Assembly: GCA_045863235.1 (NCBI GenBank)
Contig: BTUM01000056.1
Location: 1 to 52,686, forward strand
DNA from: Candidatus Xenobia bacterium
GTDB taxonomy: Bacteria; Vulcanimicrobiota; Xenobia; Xenobiales; QWHO01
Direction: 5' to 3'
DNA length: 52,686 nt
Part shown: one piece after another, positions 1-9,165 of the stretch
Position numbering within the stretch: position 1 is the stretch's first letter
Layout: the number at the start of each line of letters is the position of its first letter
Notes under the pieces: generated by a model
Told to the model about the DNA's origin: nothing
Seen by the model: only the letters and a program-made list of their open reading frames with translations
The model's database searches: none
Made by a program: the position numbers and the translations under genes

Positions 1-33
1 AAAAGAGCGCGGCCCTGGGGCCGTTCCCCAAGT

Positions 34-64
34 AAAAGAGCGCGGCCCTGGGGCCGCGCTCTTT
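34..64 (-). terminator. Rho-independent terminator downstream of metK
   Basis: Perfect inverted repeat aaagagcgcggccc-tg-gggccgcgctcttt (35-64), followed by a T run on the minus strand, about 100 bp after the metK stop. Confidence 0.75.
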
Positions 65-161
65 CAGCGCCCGGCCAGACCTGCCGCTCCTGGAAGGGTC
101 GGCAGGTGGCACTTGGTCCTCGAAACACGCGACTTTCTTCACCGCGCGCCCGAGCGCAAAG

Positions 162-1391
162 TCAGGCCGGGACTTTGTTAAAACTGGAGGCTGCCTGACG
201 AAGCGCCTCGGCCTTGTCGATGCGCTCCCAGGGCAAGTCCAGCTCAGGGCGACCGAAGTGCCCGTAAGCCGCCACCGGCGTGTAAATGGGGGCGCGCAGG
301 CCCAGCTGCCGGATGATGGCGCCCGGACGCAGGTCGAAGTGCTGGCTGACCAGGGCGCTGATCTTCTCGGGCTCGATGGTCTGAGTACCGAAGGTTTCCA
401 CCGCGATGCTGACCGGCTGAGCCATACCGATGGCGTAGCTCAGGGCCACCTCGCAGCGCGAAGCCAGGCCAGCTGCCACGATGTTCTTGGCCACCCAGCG
501 AGCGGCGTAGTTGGCCGAGCGGTCCACCTTGGTTGCGTCTTTGCCGGAGAAGGCGCCGCCGCCGTGGCGGGCCATGCCGCCGTAGGTGTCCACGATGATC
601 TTGCGGCCGGTCAGACCGGTGTCGGCCTCGGGGCCGCCCACCACGAACATGCCGGATGGGTTGATCAGGATGCGGGGAGAAACAATCTCGCCCTTCTCGA
701 TCTTCAGATACTGGGGATCGACCACCGGCTTGATCACGTGCTCGATCAGGTCCTGGCGGATCTTGGCCTGGGGCACGTTGGGGTGGTGCTGGGTCGAGAT
801 CAGAATGCAGTCGAGGCCAACCGGCTCGCCGTTCTCGTAGCGCACGGTCACCTGGGTCTTGCCGTCGGGGCGCAGGTAGTCGACCACGCCGTGCTTGCGC
901 ACGTCGGCCAGCTTCTGGGCCAGGCGCTGGGCCAACTGGATGGCCAGCGGCATCAGCTCGGGAGTCTCCTTGCAGGCGTAGCCGAACATCAGGCCCTGGT
1001 CGCCGGCGCCCAGCGAATCCTCCTCGGTCTTCGAGCCCCCTCCGCGGACCTCCAGAGCTTTGTCCACCCCGGCTGCGATGTCAGGCGACTGGCCGTCCAC
1101 CGAGAGCAACACGGCGCAGCTCTTGGCGTCAATCCCGAAGGCAGGATCGGTGTAGCCGATCGCTGTCAGCATCTGGCGCACGACATGCTGCAGATCCACG
1201 TTGGCTTTGGAGGTGATCTGCCCGGCCACGTGCACGCACCCGGTGTGAATGAAGGTCTCGCAGGCCACGCGCGAATACGGGTCTTGCTTGAGATACGCGT
1301 CCAGGATGGCGTCCGAGATCTGGTCGGCGACTTTGTCCGGGTGTCCCTCGGTAACCGATTCCGAGGTGAACAGATGATACTGCTGATTCAT
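162..1391 (-). CDS. metK: S-adenosylmethionine synthetase
   Basis: Motifs [30 protein letters not shown] and [19 protein letters not shown] upstream of ATG. Confidence 0.99.
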   Translation of the reverse strand: MNQQYHLFTSESVTEGHPDKVADQISDAILDAYLKQDPYSRVACETFIHTGCVHVAGQITSKANVDLQHVVRQMLTAIGYTDPAFGIDAKSCAVLLSVDGQSPDIAAGVDKALEVRGGGSKTEEDSLGAGDQGLMFGYACKETPELMPLAIQLAQRLAQKLADVRKHGVVDYLRPDGKTQVTVRYENGEPVGLDCILISTQHHPNVPQAKIRQDLIEHVIKPVVDPQYLKIEKGEIVSPRILINPSGMFVVGGPEADTGLTGRKIIVDTYGGMARHGGGAFSGKDATKVDRSANYAARWVAKNIVAAGLASRCEVALSYAIGMAQPVSIAVETFGTQTIEPEKISALVSQHFDLRPGAIIRQLGLRAPIYTPVAAYGHFGRPELDLPWERIDKAEALRQAASSFNKVPA

Positions 1392-1674
1392 TCCTATCCT
1401 CCTGCTGATGGGGACTGACTCTTGTACGTTTTAAGACCCTACAATCCAACATGGGGAGGGCCGCTGTCAAGTGCCCGCAAAAAACGTTGATTTAAAGCCA
1501 TTGCTCGCCGTTAGAGACAGAGACTTTTCGACCAGAGCTCAGCTTGCTCGAAGAGAACCCGCCAGGGCAGGGAGGGCTTTGGCCTGGAGGCCGGATTTCC
1601 TGCTTGCGGTTGAGTTCCGAGGGCAGATTCGTCGAACGCTCCTGTCCTCTCTGAATAGACGCCGTTCCCGTCGA

Positions 1675-1727
1675 CGCTGATAGCCCATCCATCAGCTCCT
1701 GTCTTCGCTGATAGCCTATCCATCAGC
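1675..1727. repeat. Two 22-bp direct repeats, each an internal palindrome GCTGAT-N9-ATCAGC
   Basis: cgctgatagcccatccatcagc (1675-1696) and cgctgatagcctatccatcagc (1706-1727), one mismatch, 31-bp period. Confidence 0.85.
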
Positions 1728-1761
1728 CGGCGTAGTCTGAACCTACCAGCGGGAGGCCTGG

Positions 1762-2724
1762 ATGAACGTGCAGAGGGAACCTTTCGCCCGAGCGCGTAAT
1801 ATCCACAGAACTCGCAGAAGCGCGGAGCACGAACAGCCAGCCGTACCGATGCCAATCTCCATCACCAACATGTCGGGACCGTGGGATAGCCCCGCCAGGC
1901 CATCGGCGCCGGCTTCCGAGCCGTTCGCTCCGGAATCGCCGCAAGAAGATCCCTCTCCCCACACGGTCAACAGGTACTCCTGGTTTGCTGAAGTCTACGA
2001 TGTCTTCGGCTCGGAGGACTTCTGCCTGTCGATGACCGAGTACCTCGTGGAGGCAGCCGACCGCTACGGCATCGAGCCGGGCTCGCGCTGCCTGGACGTG
2101 GCTTGCGGCACCGGGGTAATCACGGTGGAGTTGGCCCGGGCCGGGTTCGAGATGACCGGTTTGGACCGCTCCCGCCAGATGCTCGCCTACGCCAAGCTGC
2201 GAGCCCGCGAGGCCGACCAGAACATCCCCTTCATCGAGCAGGACATGCGCTACTTCTCGGTGAGCGAGCCCTTCCCGTGGATCATTTGCACCCACGACAG
2301 CCTCGACCACCTCATTGAGGAAGTGCACCTGAACATGGCTTTTCAACAGATCTCCGAGGCGCTCTCCCCGGGGGGCTGGTTCATGTTCGACATGAACTGC
2401 TGGGAGGGGATCCGCCACCTCAATGGCAAGACCGTCTTCGTGGAAGCCGAGGATCGGGCCGCGGCTTACTACCTCGAGAGCAAGGACAATCGGCTCAAGA
2501 CCAGCATCGTCATCTTCATCCGCAAGCCGGATTCGGACCTCTACCAGCGCTTTGACGAGACACTGTATCAGCGCTGCTACTCCGACGAGCAGGTCATGGC
2601 GGCGCTGGATCGCTACGGGCTGAGCGTGCGCGAGAAGGTGGCCGTGCAGCACCTCAAGGGCCACACCTTCAAGCAGCTGTGGATCTGCCAGAGCACCCGG
2701 CTCCCCGTCCCCGACGTCCTGTAG
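1762..2724 (+). CDS. Class I SAM-dependent methyltransferase (true start may be ATG 1849 or 1870)
   Basis: Motif I LDVACGTG, then GLDRSRQML, QDMRYF and LSPGGWFMFD; divergent from metK. Confidence 0.9.
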   Translation: MNVQREPFARARNIHRTRRSAEHEQPAVPMPISITNMSGPWDSPARPSAPASEPFAPESPQEDPSPHTVNRYSWFAEVYDVFGSEDFCLSMTEYLVEAADRYGIEPGSRCLDVACGTGVITVELARAGFEMTGLDRSRQMLAYAKLRAREADQNIPFIEQDMRYFSVSEPFPWIICTHDSLDHLIEEVHLNMAFQQISEALSPGGWFMFDMNCWEGIRHLNGKTVFVEAEDRAAAYYLESKDNRLKTSIVIFIRKPDSDLYQRFDETLYQRCYSDEQVMAALDRYGLSVREKVAVQHLKGHTFKQLWICQSTRLPVPDVL

Positions 2725-2775
2725 ACAGATCGTGCCAGGATCCCGGCCCGGGAGTTCCTCCTAGCGAGCTCCTAC

Positions 2776-2798
2776 TAGCAGGCTGAGTCAGCCTGCTA
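2776..2798. terminator. Hairpin between convergent genes, possible bidirectional terminator
   Basis: tagcaggctga-g-tcagcctgcta perfect 11-bp inverted repeat; no clear T tract. Confidence 0.4.
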
Positions 2799-2841
2799 CA
2801 CAATCTGTTGAGGCGCAGGATGACGCTCTTCGAGGACTCTG

Positions 2842-4392
2842 CTAGAGCCACTGATTGACGGATTGCATGCTGTCCGAGCCGGTGGACGTGGTATGTCCCT
2901 CGGCGGCCATGCGGAACTCGCCCGCCATATCAGAGTGGTAGAGGGCTTCCTCCTTGGTGATCAGGCCCTTCTGGTAGAGCTGCAGCATGGACTGGGCGAA
3001 GGTCTGCATCCCCTCGCTGGCTCCTCGGTCCATCAGAGGGTAGATCTCCTCGGTGCGCCCTTCCAGAATGTAGGAGCTGATGGCCGGGGTGCACACCATG
3101 ACCTCGACCGAGGGGATGCGCCCTTTGCCGTCGCGACGCACGAGCAGCCGCTGGGAGAGGACGGCTCGCAGGCTCTTGGAGAGCTGGGAGCGGATCTGTT
3201 TCTGAGAGTCGGCGGGAAACGAGTCGATGATGCGGTCGACGGCCTGCACCGTGTTGGGGGTGTGCAGGGTGCTCAGCACCAGGTGACCGGTCTCGGCCGC
3301 GCTGACGGCGGTAGTGATGGTCTCGGCGTCGCGCATCTCGCCCACCAGGATGACGTTGGGGTCCTGGCGCAGCGCCTGGCGCAGGCCGTCGGAGAAAGAG
3401 AGAGTGTCCGGGCCCACCTCGCGCTGGGTGATGAAGGACATCTTGTCGTGATGGAAGTACTCGATGGGGTCCTCGATGGTGACCACGTGCACCTTGCGGT
3501 TCGTGTTGATGTAGTCCACGATGGCTGCCAGCGTGGTGGATTTCCCCTGGCCAGCCGGACCGGTGACCAGGATCAGGCCGTTGTTCAAGGTGGCCAGCTT
3601 GCGCAGGACGGGCGGCAGGCCGAGGTCTTCGAAGGCGGGCAGGTCGCTTCGCAGCAAACGATAGGCGGCGCTGAGGTTGTTGCGTTCGTAGAAGGCGTGC
3701 ACGCGGAATCGAGTCGAGCCGAGCAGGGTGGCAAAGTCGACTTCCTTGTGGCGCTTGAGCTTGCGCCGGCGCTCGGGAGAGAGAACCGAGAAGACCAGCT
3801 TTCGGGTCTGAGCCTCGCTCAACGGCTCTTTGCCGATGGGCAACAGGTCGCCGTGCAGGCGCACGGTGGGGGCCGAACCACTCTTGATGTGCAGGTCCGA
3901 GGCGCCGTGCTTGATCATCACCCGCAGCAGGTCCTCCAGACCGAAGGGCAGATGCACCGGGCCGTCTTCATCCTCGCCCTTCTTCTCGGTGGAAGCCCTG
4001 GACTTGCGCGCGGGAGACGGTGAGTGGCCAGCTCTCAGCTCTCGGACCTGGCCGGCCAGGTCAGCCACCTCCTGGCGTAGCTGCTCGACCGCGTCGAGCT
4101 TCTCGCGCAACTCGTCGAGATCGCGTTTGGACACCGTGGAATCCACCCGCTGGGAGAGCAAGAAGAGATCACGCTGCAGCTCGCCCATGGGGCCAGTGAA
4201 GCTGCGCGGAGGCGTGCCGGTCTGCGGCTCGGAGGAGCGAGCCGGGATGGAAACACGGAAGGAATCACCACTCGGCCGCTCTGGCTCAGCCTCAGGGGCT
4301 GGCTCGGGCTTCGGCAACGGATCGATCGGAATAGAGGTCAAATCGGGCAGACCTCCAAGCCTCCGCCGCGTCTGCCGCTCTTCCAAAGCCAT
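2842..4392 (-). CDS. pilT: PilT/PilU-family type IV pilus retraction ATPase with long N-terminal extension
   Basis: GASDLH, Walker A GPAGQGKST, Asp box TIEDPIE, Walker B LVGEMRD, His box TLHT; start ATG 4392 chosen from GGAGG RBS. Confidence 0.92.
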   Translation of the reverse strand: MALEERQTRRRLGGLPDLTSIPIDPLPKPEPAPEAEPERPSGDSFRVSIPARSSEPQTGTPPRSFTGPMGELQRDLFLLSQRVDSTVSKRDLDELREKLDAVEQLRQEVADLAGQVRELRAGHSPSPARKSRASTEKKGEDEDGPVHLPFGLEDLLRVMIKHGASDLHIKSGSAPTVRLHGDLLPIGKEPLSEAQTRKLVFSVLSPERRRKLKRHKEVDFATLLGSTRFRVHAFYERNNLSAAYRLLRSDLPAFEDLGLPPVLRKLATLNNGLILVTGPAGQGKSTTLAAIVDYINTNRKVHVVTIEDPIEYFHHDKMSFITQREVGPDTLSFSDGLRQALRQDPNVILVGEMRDAETITTAVSAAETGHLVLSTLHTPNTVQAVDRIIDSFPADSQKQIRSQLSKSLRAVLSQRLLVRRDGKGRIPSVEVMVCTPAISSYILEGRTEEIYPLMDRGASEGMQTFAQSMLQLYQKGLITKEEALYHSDMAGEFRMAAEGHTTSTGSDSMQSVNQWL

Positions 4393-4500
4393 CCCGCCTC
4401 CCTCACACCTCTGCGCCTGGCCTTCCAAGTTCTCTTTCCGGCGGGCGCGATCCTGTGTTCCCGGCAGGACCGCGGTGCACGCGGAGGGAACCGGCCCCTC

Positions 4501-4953
4501 GTGAAGCTCGAACTCGAGGTGGCCGGTCAGTCGGTGACGGCCCTGTCAGAGGACCAACTGGGTGACGGAACCGGTTTTGGCTCGGTGATCGACCTGCGTC
4601 GCTCGTTCGAAGTCAAGTCCGACCCCGCTCCCGGCCTCAAGGAGAAGAACGTGGCCTACTACCGAATGGCCATCGACGCGGGCAGCCTGTCCGAGCAGGA
4701 CATGGACCACCTGCGTCGCGAGCTCGCACGTCGCCAGGGTCCCTATGCCGTGGTCTCCAGCGCAGGCAAGCGGGCGGCCACGATGCTGTTGATGCACGCA
4801 GCACGCACCCTGGGTTGGAGCGCCGAGGAAGCCCTGAAGCGCTGCTCGGATGTGCGCGAGGACAAGATCCTGAGCCAGGAAGTGAAGAGCTACCTCGAGC
4901 AGCACAAGGATCGCAGCGCCAGGCACTGGAGCCAGGAGGCGGGCAGCAGTTAA
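4501..4953 (+). CDS. Protein-tyrosine-phosphatase/DUF442-like fold protein lacking the catalytic Cys
   Basis: SVIDLR ... GPYAVVSSAGKRAA matches the VINLR ... PVLVHCxSGxR pattern with Ser in place of Cys. Confidence 0.6.
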   Translation: MKLELEVAGQSVTALSEDQLGDGTGFGSVIDLRRSFEVKSDPAPGLKEKNVAYYRMAIDAGSLSEQDMDHLRRELARRQGPYAVVSSAGKRAATMLLMHAARTLGWSAEEALKRCSDVREDKILSQEVKSYLEQHKDRSARHWSQEAGSS

Positions 4954-6188
4954 GGACCGACGGTTTCGGCGTCGCGGCGAGCGCTGGCCGGCTCCAGGGC
5001 CGGGTTGAGCGCCAGGGCGCGGCTCCAGGGCTCGCGCGCGGCTGATTCCATGCCCCGCTCGTAGAGGAGGTCGCCAAGCAAGAGCTGGGCCTCGGCCAGG
5101 TCGGGGTCGAGGCGAGCTGCCCGACGGGCGTGAACCAGGGCCCGCGAAGCCTTGGCCATGGAACGCAGCACCTGGGCCATCAGGAAGTGATACCAGGGAT
5201 TGTCGGGCTGAGATTGGATCGCCTTCTGGACGAACTCACGAGCTTTGAGGAAGTTGCCGGCCCGGTAGGCGACCTGGCCCAGCGCGCCGAGCGCTTCGGG
5301 ATCGCGCGGATCTTGCACCAGCACGGCCTGGAAACGCTTGACGGCCTCGTCGTCGAGGTTCTGCTGCAGCTCGAGGCTACCCAGCAAGAGCAAGCCTTCG
5401 ATCATCATGGGGTCGAACTCCAGCGCCTGGAGCAGCACCGTGCGCGCTTCCTCGAGCTGGCCTCGGTGGGCCAGGGCGTGGCCCAGGTTGTAGAGGGCGT
5501 CGGGATTGGTGGGTGACAGCCGCACCGCGCGCCGGAACTCGAGGATGGCCATGTCGATGAAGCCCTGGTGCATGTAGACCACGCCCAGGTTCATCCGCGA
5601 GCGCGGGAAGGCCGGATCGAGCTCGACGCAGGCGCGTAGCTCGCGCTTGGCGCGGTCGAGGTCGCCCTTGTGGAGGTAGATCACCCCCCGCAGGTTGAGC
5701 GCGTCCAGGTGATAGGGCTGAACCTTGAGGATCTTGTCGATCTGGCGTAGACCCTTGGTGTGTTTGCCCAGCTCGATGTAGGCTTCGGCCAGCGACAGCC
5801 GCAGCTCGAGGTCCTCGGGGTCGAGGCGCAGGGCGCCGGACCAGACCCGGGCAGCCTTCTCCATCTCGTCGAGCTGAAAGTAGGCCAGGCCCAGGTAGTA
5901 ATGGGCCTCGGTGCAGCTGGGATCGAGCTCCATGGCGTTCTTGAAGCACAAGATGGCCTGATCCAGCATCCCCTTCTCGGCCAGCACCACCCCCAGATCG
6001 AGACGCACCTCCACGTGGGCGCGGTCGAGCGCGGCCGCGCGCTGCCACTCGCGAATGGCCTCGTCGAGGCGGCCCTGCTCGCGATAAAGACGCCCCATCT
6101 CGTAGTGGCTGTCAAAGCTCTGGGCCCGACGGAAGGGGTGCAGCTGAACGACCTTGGGAGAAGTTTTCTCCGGACCTACAGGTTCCAC
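4950..6188 (-). CDS. Tetratricopeptide repeat protein
   Basis: About 11 consecutive 34-aa TPR-type units (e.g. AHYYLGLAYFQLDEMEKA, ALYNLGHALAHRGQLEEA); start uncertain, GTG 6188 chosen. Confidence 0.9.
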   Translation of the reverse strand: MEPVGPEKTSPKVVQLHPFRRAQSFDSHYEMGRLYREQGRLDEAIREWQRAAALDRAHVEVRLDLGVVLAEKGMLDQAILCFKNAMELDPSCTEAHYYLGLAYFQLDEMEKAARVWSGALRLDPEDLELRLSLAEAYIELGKHTKGLRQIDKILKVQPYHLDALNLRGVIYLHKGDLDRAKRELRACVELDPAFPRSRMNLGVVYMHQGFIDMAILEFRRAVRLSPTNPDALYNLGHALAHRGQLEEARTVLLQALEFDPMMIEGLLLLGSLELQQNLDDEAVKRFQAVLVQDPRDPEALGALGQVAYRAGNFLKAREFVQKAIQSQPDNPWYHFLMAQVLRSMAKASRALVHARRAARLDPDLAEAQLLLGDLLYERGMESAAREPWSRALALNPALEPASARRDAETVGP

Positions 6189-6258
6189 GCCTCGTTGTTC
6201 GCCTGCCGGTCGCCCGCATCCTCTTCGGGGCTTCTCCGACCGCGAGGTCCATCCCAAG

Positions 6259-6291
6259 AAAAAACGCCCGCCGGGTCCAATCGGCGGGCGT
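6259..6291 (-). terminator. Rho-independent terminator
   Basis: Stem acgcccgccg/cggcgggcgt followed by a T run on the minus strand, just after the 6319-6720 gene. Confidence 0.8.
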
Positions 6292-6318
6292 CACCTGTCG
6301 TCTCTCGAGCTTTTGGCC

Positions 6319-6720
6319 TCACAGGCCCTGTTTCTGTCTCCAGGCCTGGAAGTCGCGGAAATCGAGCTCGATCTCCCGGAAGACGTGATCGAAAACCGCT
6401 TCGACCGATTCGGGCCGACGCCAGAAGTCGCGCACGTCGCGAGTGCAAGAGAGGTAGTGGAAAGCGGCGGTGGCGAGGATCAGCGTATGATAGCTGGGCC
6501 CACGGCACTCGCCGCGCTGGTACCAGTAGAGGAGTAGGAAGAGATCCATGGCTTCGCGTTGGAACCTGGCCAACTTGCCGTTCGGCTTGATGGCCAGCTC
6601 CAGGGGCTTGCGGGTACGCATCAGAAAGCTGAGCTGCTTATTCGAATCCCGGAGCAGACGCTCGGCCGTTTGGATGGAGTGTCGCCACGTGTGCGACTGC
6701 GGCATCGTCATCGTCGGCAT
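6319..6720 (-). CDS. Hypothetical protein, distant YkvA/DUF1232-like
   Basis: AAAGGAG RBS and own terminator; C-terminal half resembles the DUF1232 pattern by eye. Confidence 0.7.
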   Translation of the reverse strand: MPTMTMPQSHTWRHSIQTAERLLRDSNKQLSFLMRTRKPLELAIKPNGKLARFQREAMDLFLLLYWYQRGECRGPSYHTLILATAAFHYLSCTRDVRDFWRRPESVEAVFDHVFREIELDFRDFQAWRQKQGL

Positions 6721-6804
6721 CGGTGGTATCTCCTTTGAGTCTGGGTTGTCCCCGTCGCCATTCTATCCCGGCCAGGGAAAGCTGGCTGTATGCCGGCTCA
6801 CATG

Positions 6805-8001
6805 TCAGGCTCGGCGAGAGGGATGCACGAAGCGATGCTGACCGGAGGAGACCAGCTGCCGGTAGCTCCCGAAGCGCTGCTCGGGGTCGCCCACCTGGTC
6901 GAGCGGGGTCTCGCCCCCCTCCAGCAGCGAGTAGGTTGTGGTGCGCTGGGCCGGGATGCGGCCCAGGTCCTCGATCAGCCGGCGCAGCTCGCGGGGGGGC
7001 ACGAGCTGGCCGAAGGAGGCTCCGGCCGAGGTGGAGATGCTCTCGTTGATGAGGGTGCCGCCCAGATCGTTGCAGCCGGCCTGCAGCAGGACCTGGGCCA
7101 GGCGTGGGCCTTCTTTGACCCAGGAGGCCTGGATATTGCGAAAGGTGGGGCCGAGATAGAGGCGGGCCAGGGCGTGCAGGCGCAGCACCTCGGCCCCGGT
7201 GGCCCCGGCTCGCACGCCCTCGAGCAGGCGGTACATAGGGGCCTCCTGATGCACGAAGCTGAGGGGCACGAACTCGGTAAAACCGCCTGTTTCGCGCTGG
7301 ATCGAGCGCAACAGCTCGAGATGGGCCACCCAGTGACGGGGCTCTTCCAGGTGACCGTACATCATGGTGGAGGTGGTGCGCAGGCCCAGCTCGTGAGCCG
7401 TCTTGATCACCTCCACCCACTGCTCGACCGTGATCCGGCCGGGAGCGATGGTATCGCGCATCGGCTGATCGAGGATCTCGGCCGAGGTGCCCGGCAGGGT
7501 GTCCAGCCCGGCGGCCTTGAGCTCGCAGAGGTACTCGCGCAGGCTGCAGCGCGATCGCACTGCTCCATAGAGCACCTCCTCGGGGGAGAAGGCGTGGATG
7601 TGGAGCCTCGGGAAGCGCTCTTTCACGCTGCGGGTGAGTTCGACATAGAAGTCGCCCTCCAGCTTGGGAGAAAGGCCCGCCTGCAGGCAGACCTCAGTGG
7701 CCCCCAGCGAGACGGCCTCCTCCACCCGGCGCATGATCTCTTCGCGAGGCAGGAAGTAGCCCTCCTCGGTGCGATGGTCCCGGCTGAAGGCGCAGAAGGC
7801 GCACTTCTTGATGCACACGTTGGTAAAGTTGATGTTGCGGTTGATGACGTAGGTAACCACCGGGCCGCAGTGGCGCTCGCGCAGCTCGTCGGCCACCCGC
7901 ACCAGGTCGTGCAGGTCGGCGCCCCGAGCCGAGGCCAGGGGCAGGGCCTCCTCGGGGGTGAGCTCCTGACCGTCGAGAGCTTTCTTGAGGGTCAGGTTCA
8001 C
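6805..8001 (-). CDS. cofH: FO synthase subunit CofH (radical SAM)
   Basis: VTYVINRNINFTNVC, CxxxCxxC (CIKKCAFC), PGTSAEIL, NIQASWVK, GGTLINESIS; adjacent to cofG, which favours CofH over MqnC. Confidence 0.92.
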   Translation of the reverse strand: MNLTLKKALDGQELTPEEALPLASARGADLHDLVRVADELRERHCGPVVTYVINRNINFTNVCIKKCAFCAFSRDHRTEEGYFLPREEIMRRVEEAVSLGATEVCLQAGLSPKLEGDFYVELTRSVKERFPRLHIHAFSPEEVLYGAVRSRCSLREYLCELKAAGLDTLPGTSAEILDQPMRDTIAPGRITVEQWVEVIKTAHELGLRTTSTMMYGHLEEPRHWVAHLELLRSIQRETGGFTEFVPLSFVHQEAPMYRLLEGVRAGATGAEVLRLHALARLYLGPTFRNIQASWVKEGPRLAQVLLQAGCNDLGGTLINESISTSAGASFGQLVPPRELRRLIEDLGRIPAQRTTTYSLLEGGETPLDQVGDPEQRFGSYRQLVSSGQHRFVHPSRRA

Positions 8002-9092
8002 GCCAGCACCGGCTCTCGGGCGGGCAGGCCCTCCTGGGCTCGCCGCACGCGCTCGCGCAGCTCGGGGTGCACCTGCTCGAAGTGCTCGGGATAGACGGCC
8101 AGGCGCTCGGCCAGGGTGAAGCCTTCCTGCTCGCAGGTGCGAGCCAGCTCGGCCAGGTGGGGCCAGGGAGCCTCGGGATTGATGAAGTCGCGGGTCACCG
8201 GGGAGATGCCTCCCCAGTCGTTGAGTCCCGCCCGAATCAGCAGGCGGTGACCGGACGGGCTGAGATTGGGAGGGGCCTGCAGGTTGGCCCGGGGGCCCAG
8301 GATGAGTCGGGCCAGGGCCACGGTGCGGGCCAGCTCCTGGTCGTCGGGCTCGCCGGCGGCGGCCATGGGCGTATCGGGCTTGGACCGGAAAGGCTGCACG
8401 ATGGTCTCCTGGATGTGGCCAAATTGCTCGCTCAGCTCGCGGATGGCAAGCAAGGTATCCACCCGCTCCTCGACAGTCTCGCCGATGCCGATCAGAAGGC
8501 CGGTAGTGAAAGGGATGCCCAGCTCGCCCGCCTCGCGCAGCATCCGCAGGCGCACCTCGGGACGCTTGTCGCGGGCCGAAGCGTGAGGCCCACCGGGCTG
8601 GCAGAGGCGCTCGGAGACGTTCTCGAGCATAAGCCCCAGGCTGACGTTGACCGGCTGCAAGAGCTGCATCTCCTCCCTGGTCAGCACCCCGGCGTTAGTA
8701 TGGGGGAGCAAACCCTCCTCCAGGGCCAGGCGGCAGGCCTGCTCGACGTAAGCCGCGGTGGAGGCAGCGCCGTAGCTGTCGAGCAGCCGGGCGTAGCTGG
8801 GATAGGCCGTCTCGGGGCGGTCTCCCAGGCACATCAGGGCTTCCTTGCAGCCGGCCTGGCGGGCCCGTCGGCTCTGGGCGCGGATCTCTTCGGGCGCCAT
8901 GGTGTGGGCCTTTGGGTCGCGCGAGCTCTTGCGGAAGGTGCAGTAGGAGCAACGATCGCGGCACAGGTTGGTGACCGGCAGGAAGACTTTGCGCGAGTAG
9001 GTGAGCCGGCGGCCGGGCCGCAGCTCGGCGGCCGCCTCGAGCAACTCGTCCAGAGGCCTCTTGAGCCAGGCCAGGGCTTGCTCGCGCTTCAT
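7998..9092 (-). CDS. cofG: FO synthase subunit CofG (radical SAM)
   Basis: TYSRKVFLPVTNLCRDRCSYCTF, LPHTNAG, PFTTGLLIGIGET, QAPPNL, NDWGGISPVT; 4-bp overlap with cofH. Confidence 0.93.
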   Translation of the reverse strand: MKREQALAWLKRPLDELLEAAAELRPGRRLTYSRKVFLPVTNLCRDRCSYCTFRKSSRDPKAHTMAPEEIRAQSRRARQAGCKEALMCLGDRPETAYPSYARLLDSYGAASTAAYVEQACRLALEEGLLPHTNAGVLTREEMQLLQPVNVSLGLMLENVSERLCQPGGPHASARDKRPEVRLRMLREAGELGIPFTTGLLIGIGETVEERVDTLLAIRELSEQFGHIQETIVQPFRSKPDTPMAAAGEPDDQELARTVALARLILGPRANLQAPPNLSPSGHRLLIRAGLNDWGGISPVTRDFINPEAPWPHLAELARTCEQEGFTLAERLAVYPEHFEQVHPELRERVRRAQEGLPAREPVLA

Positions 9093-9165
9093 GGGTGGGC
9101 CAGGCCGCCCAGCGGCGCGCAAACGAGCCCCGCGCCAGCCGACCGGCTCCCAGGCGCGGGCCGCG

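Noticed and set aside
1392..1761. SAM-I riboswitch upstream of metK
   Set aside because: Could not find the ATC-x-AGAG...GCAACC...GTGC core on the minus strand.
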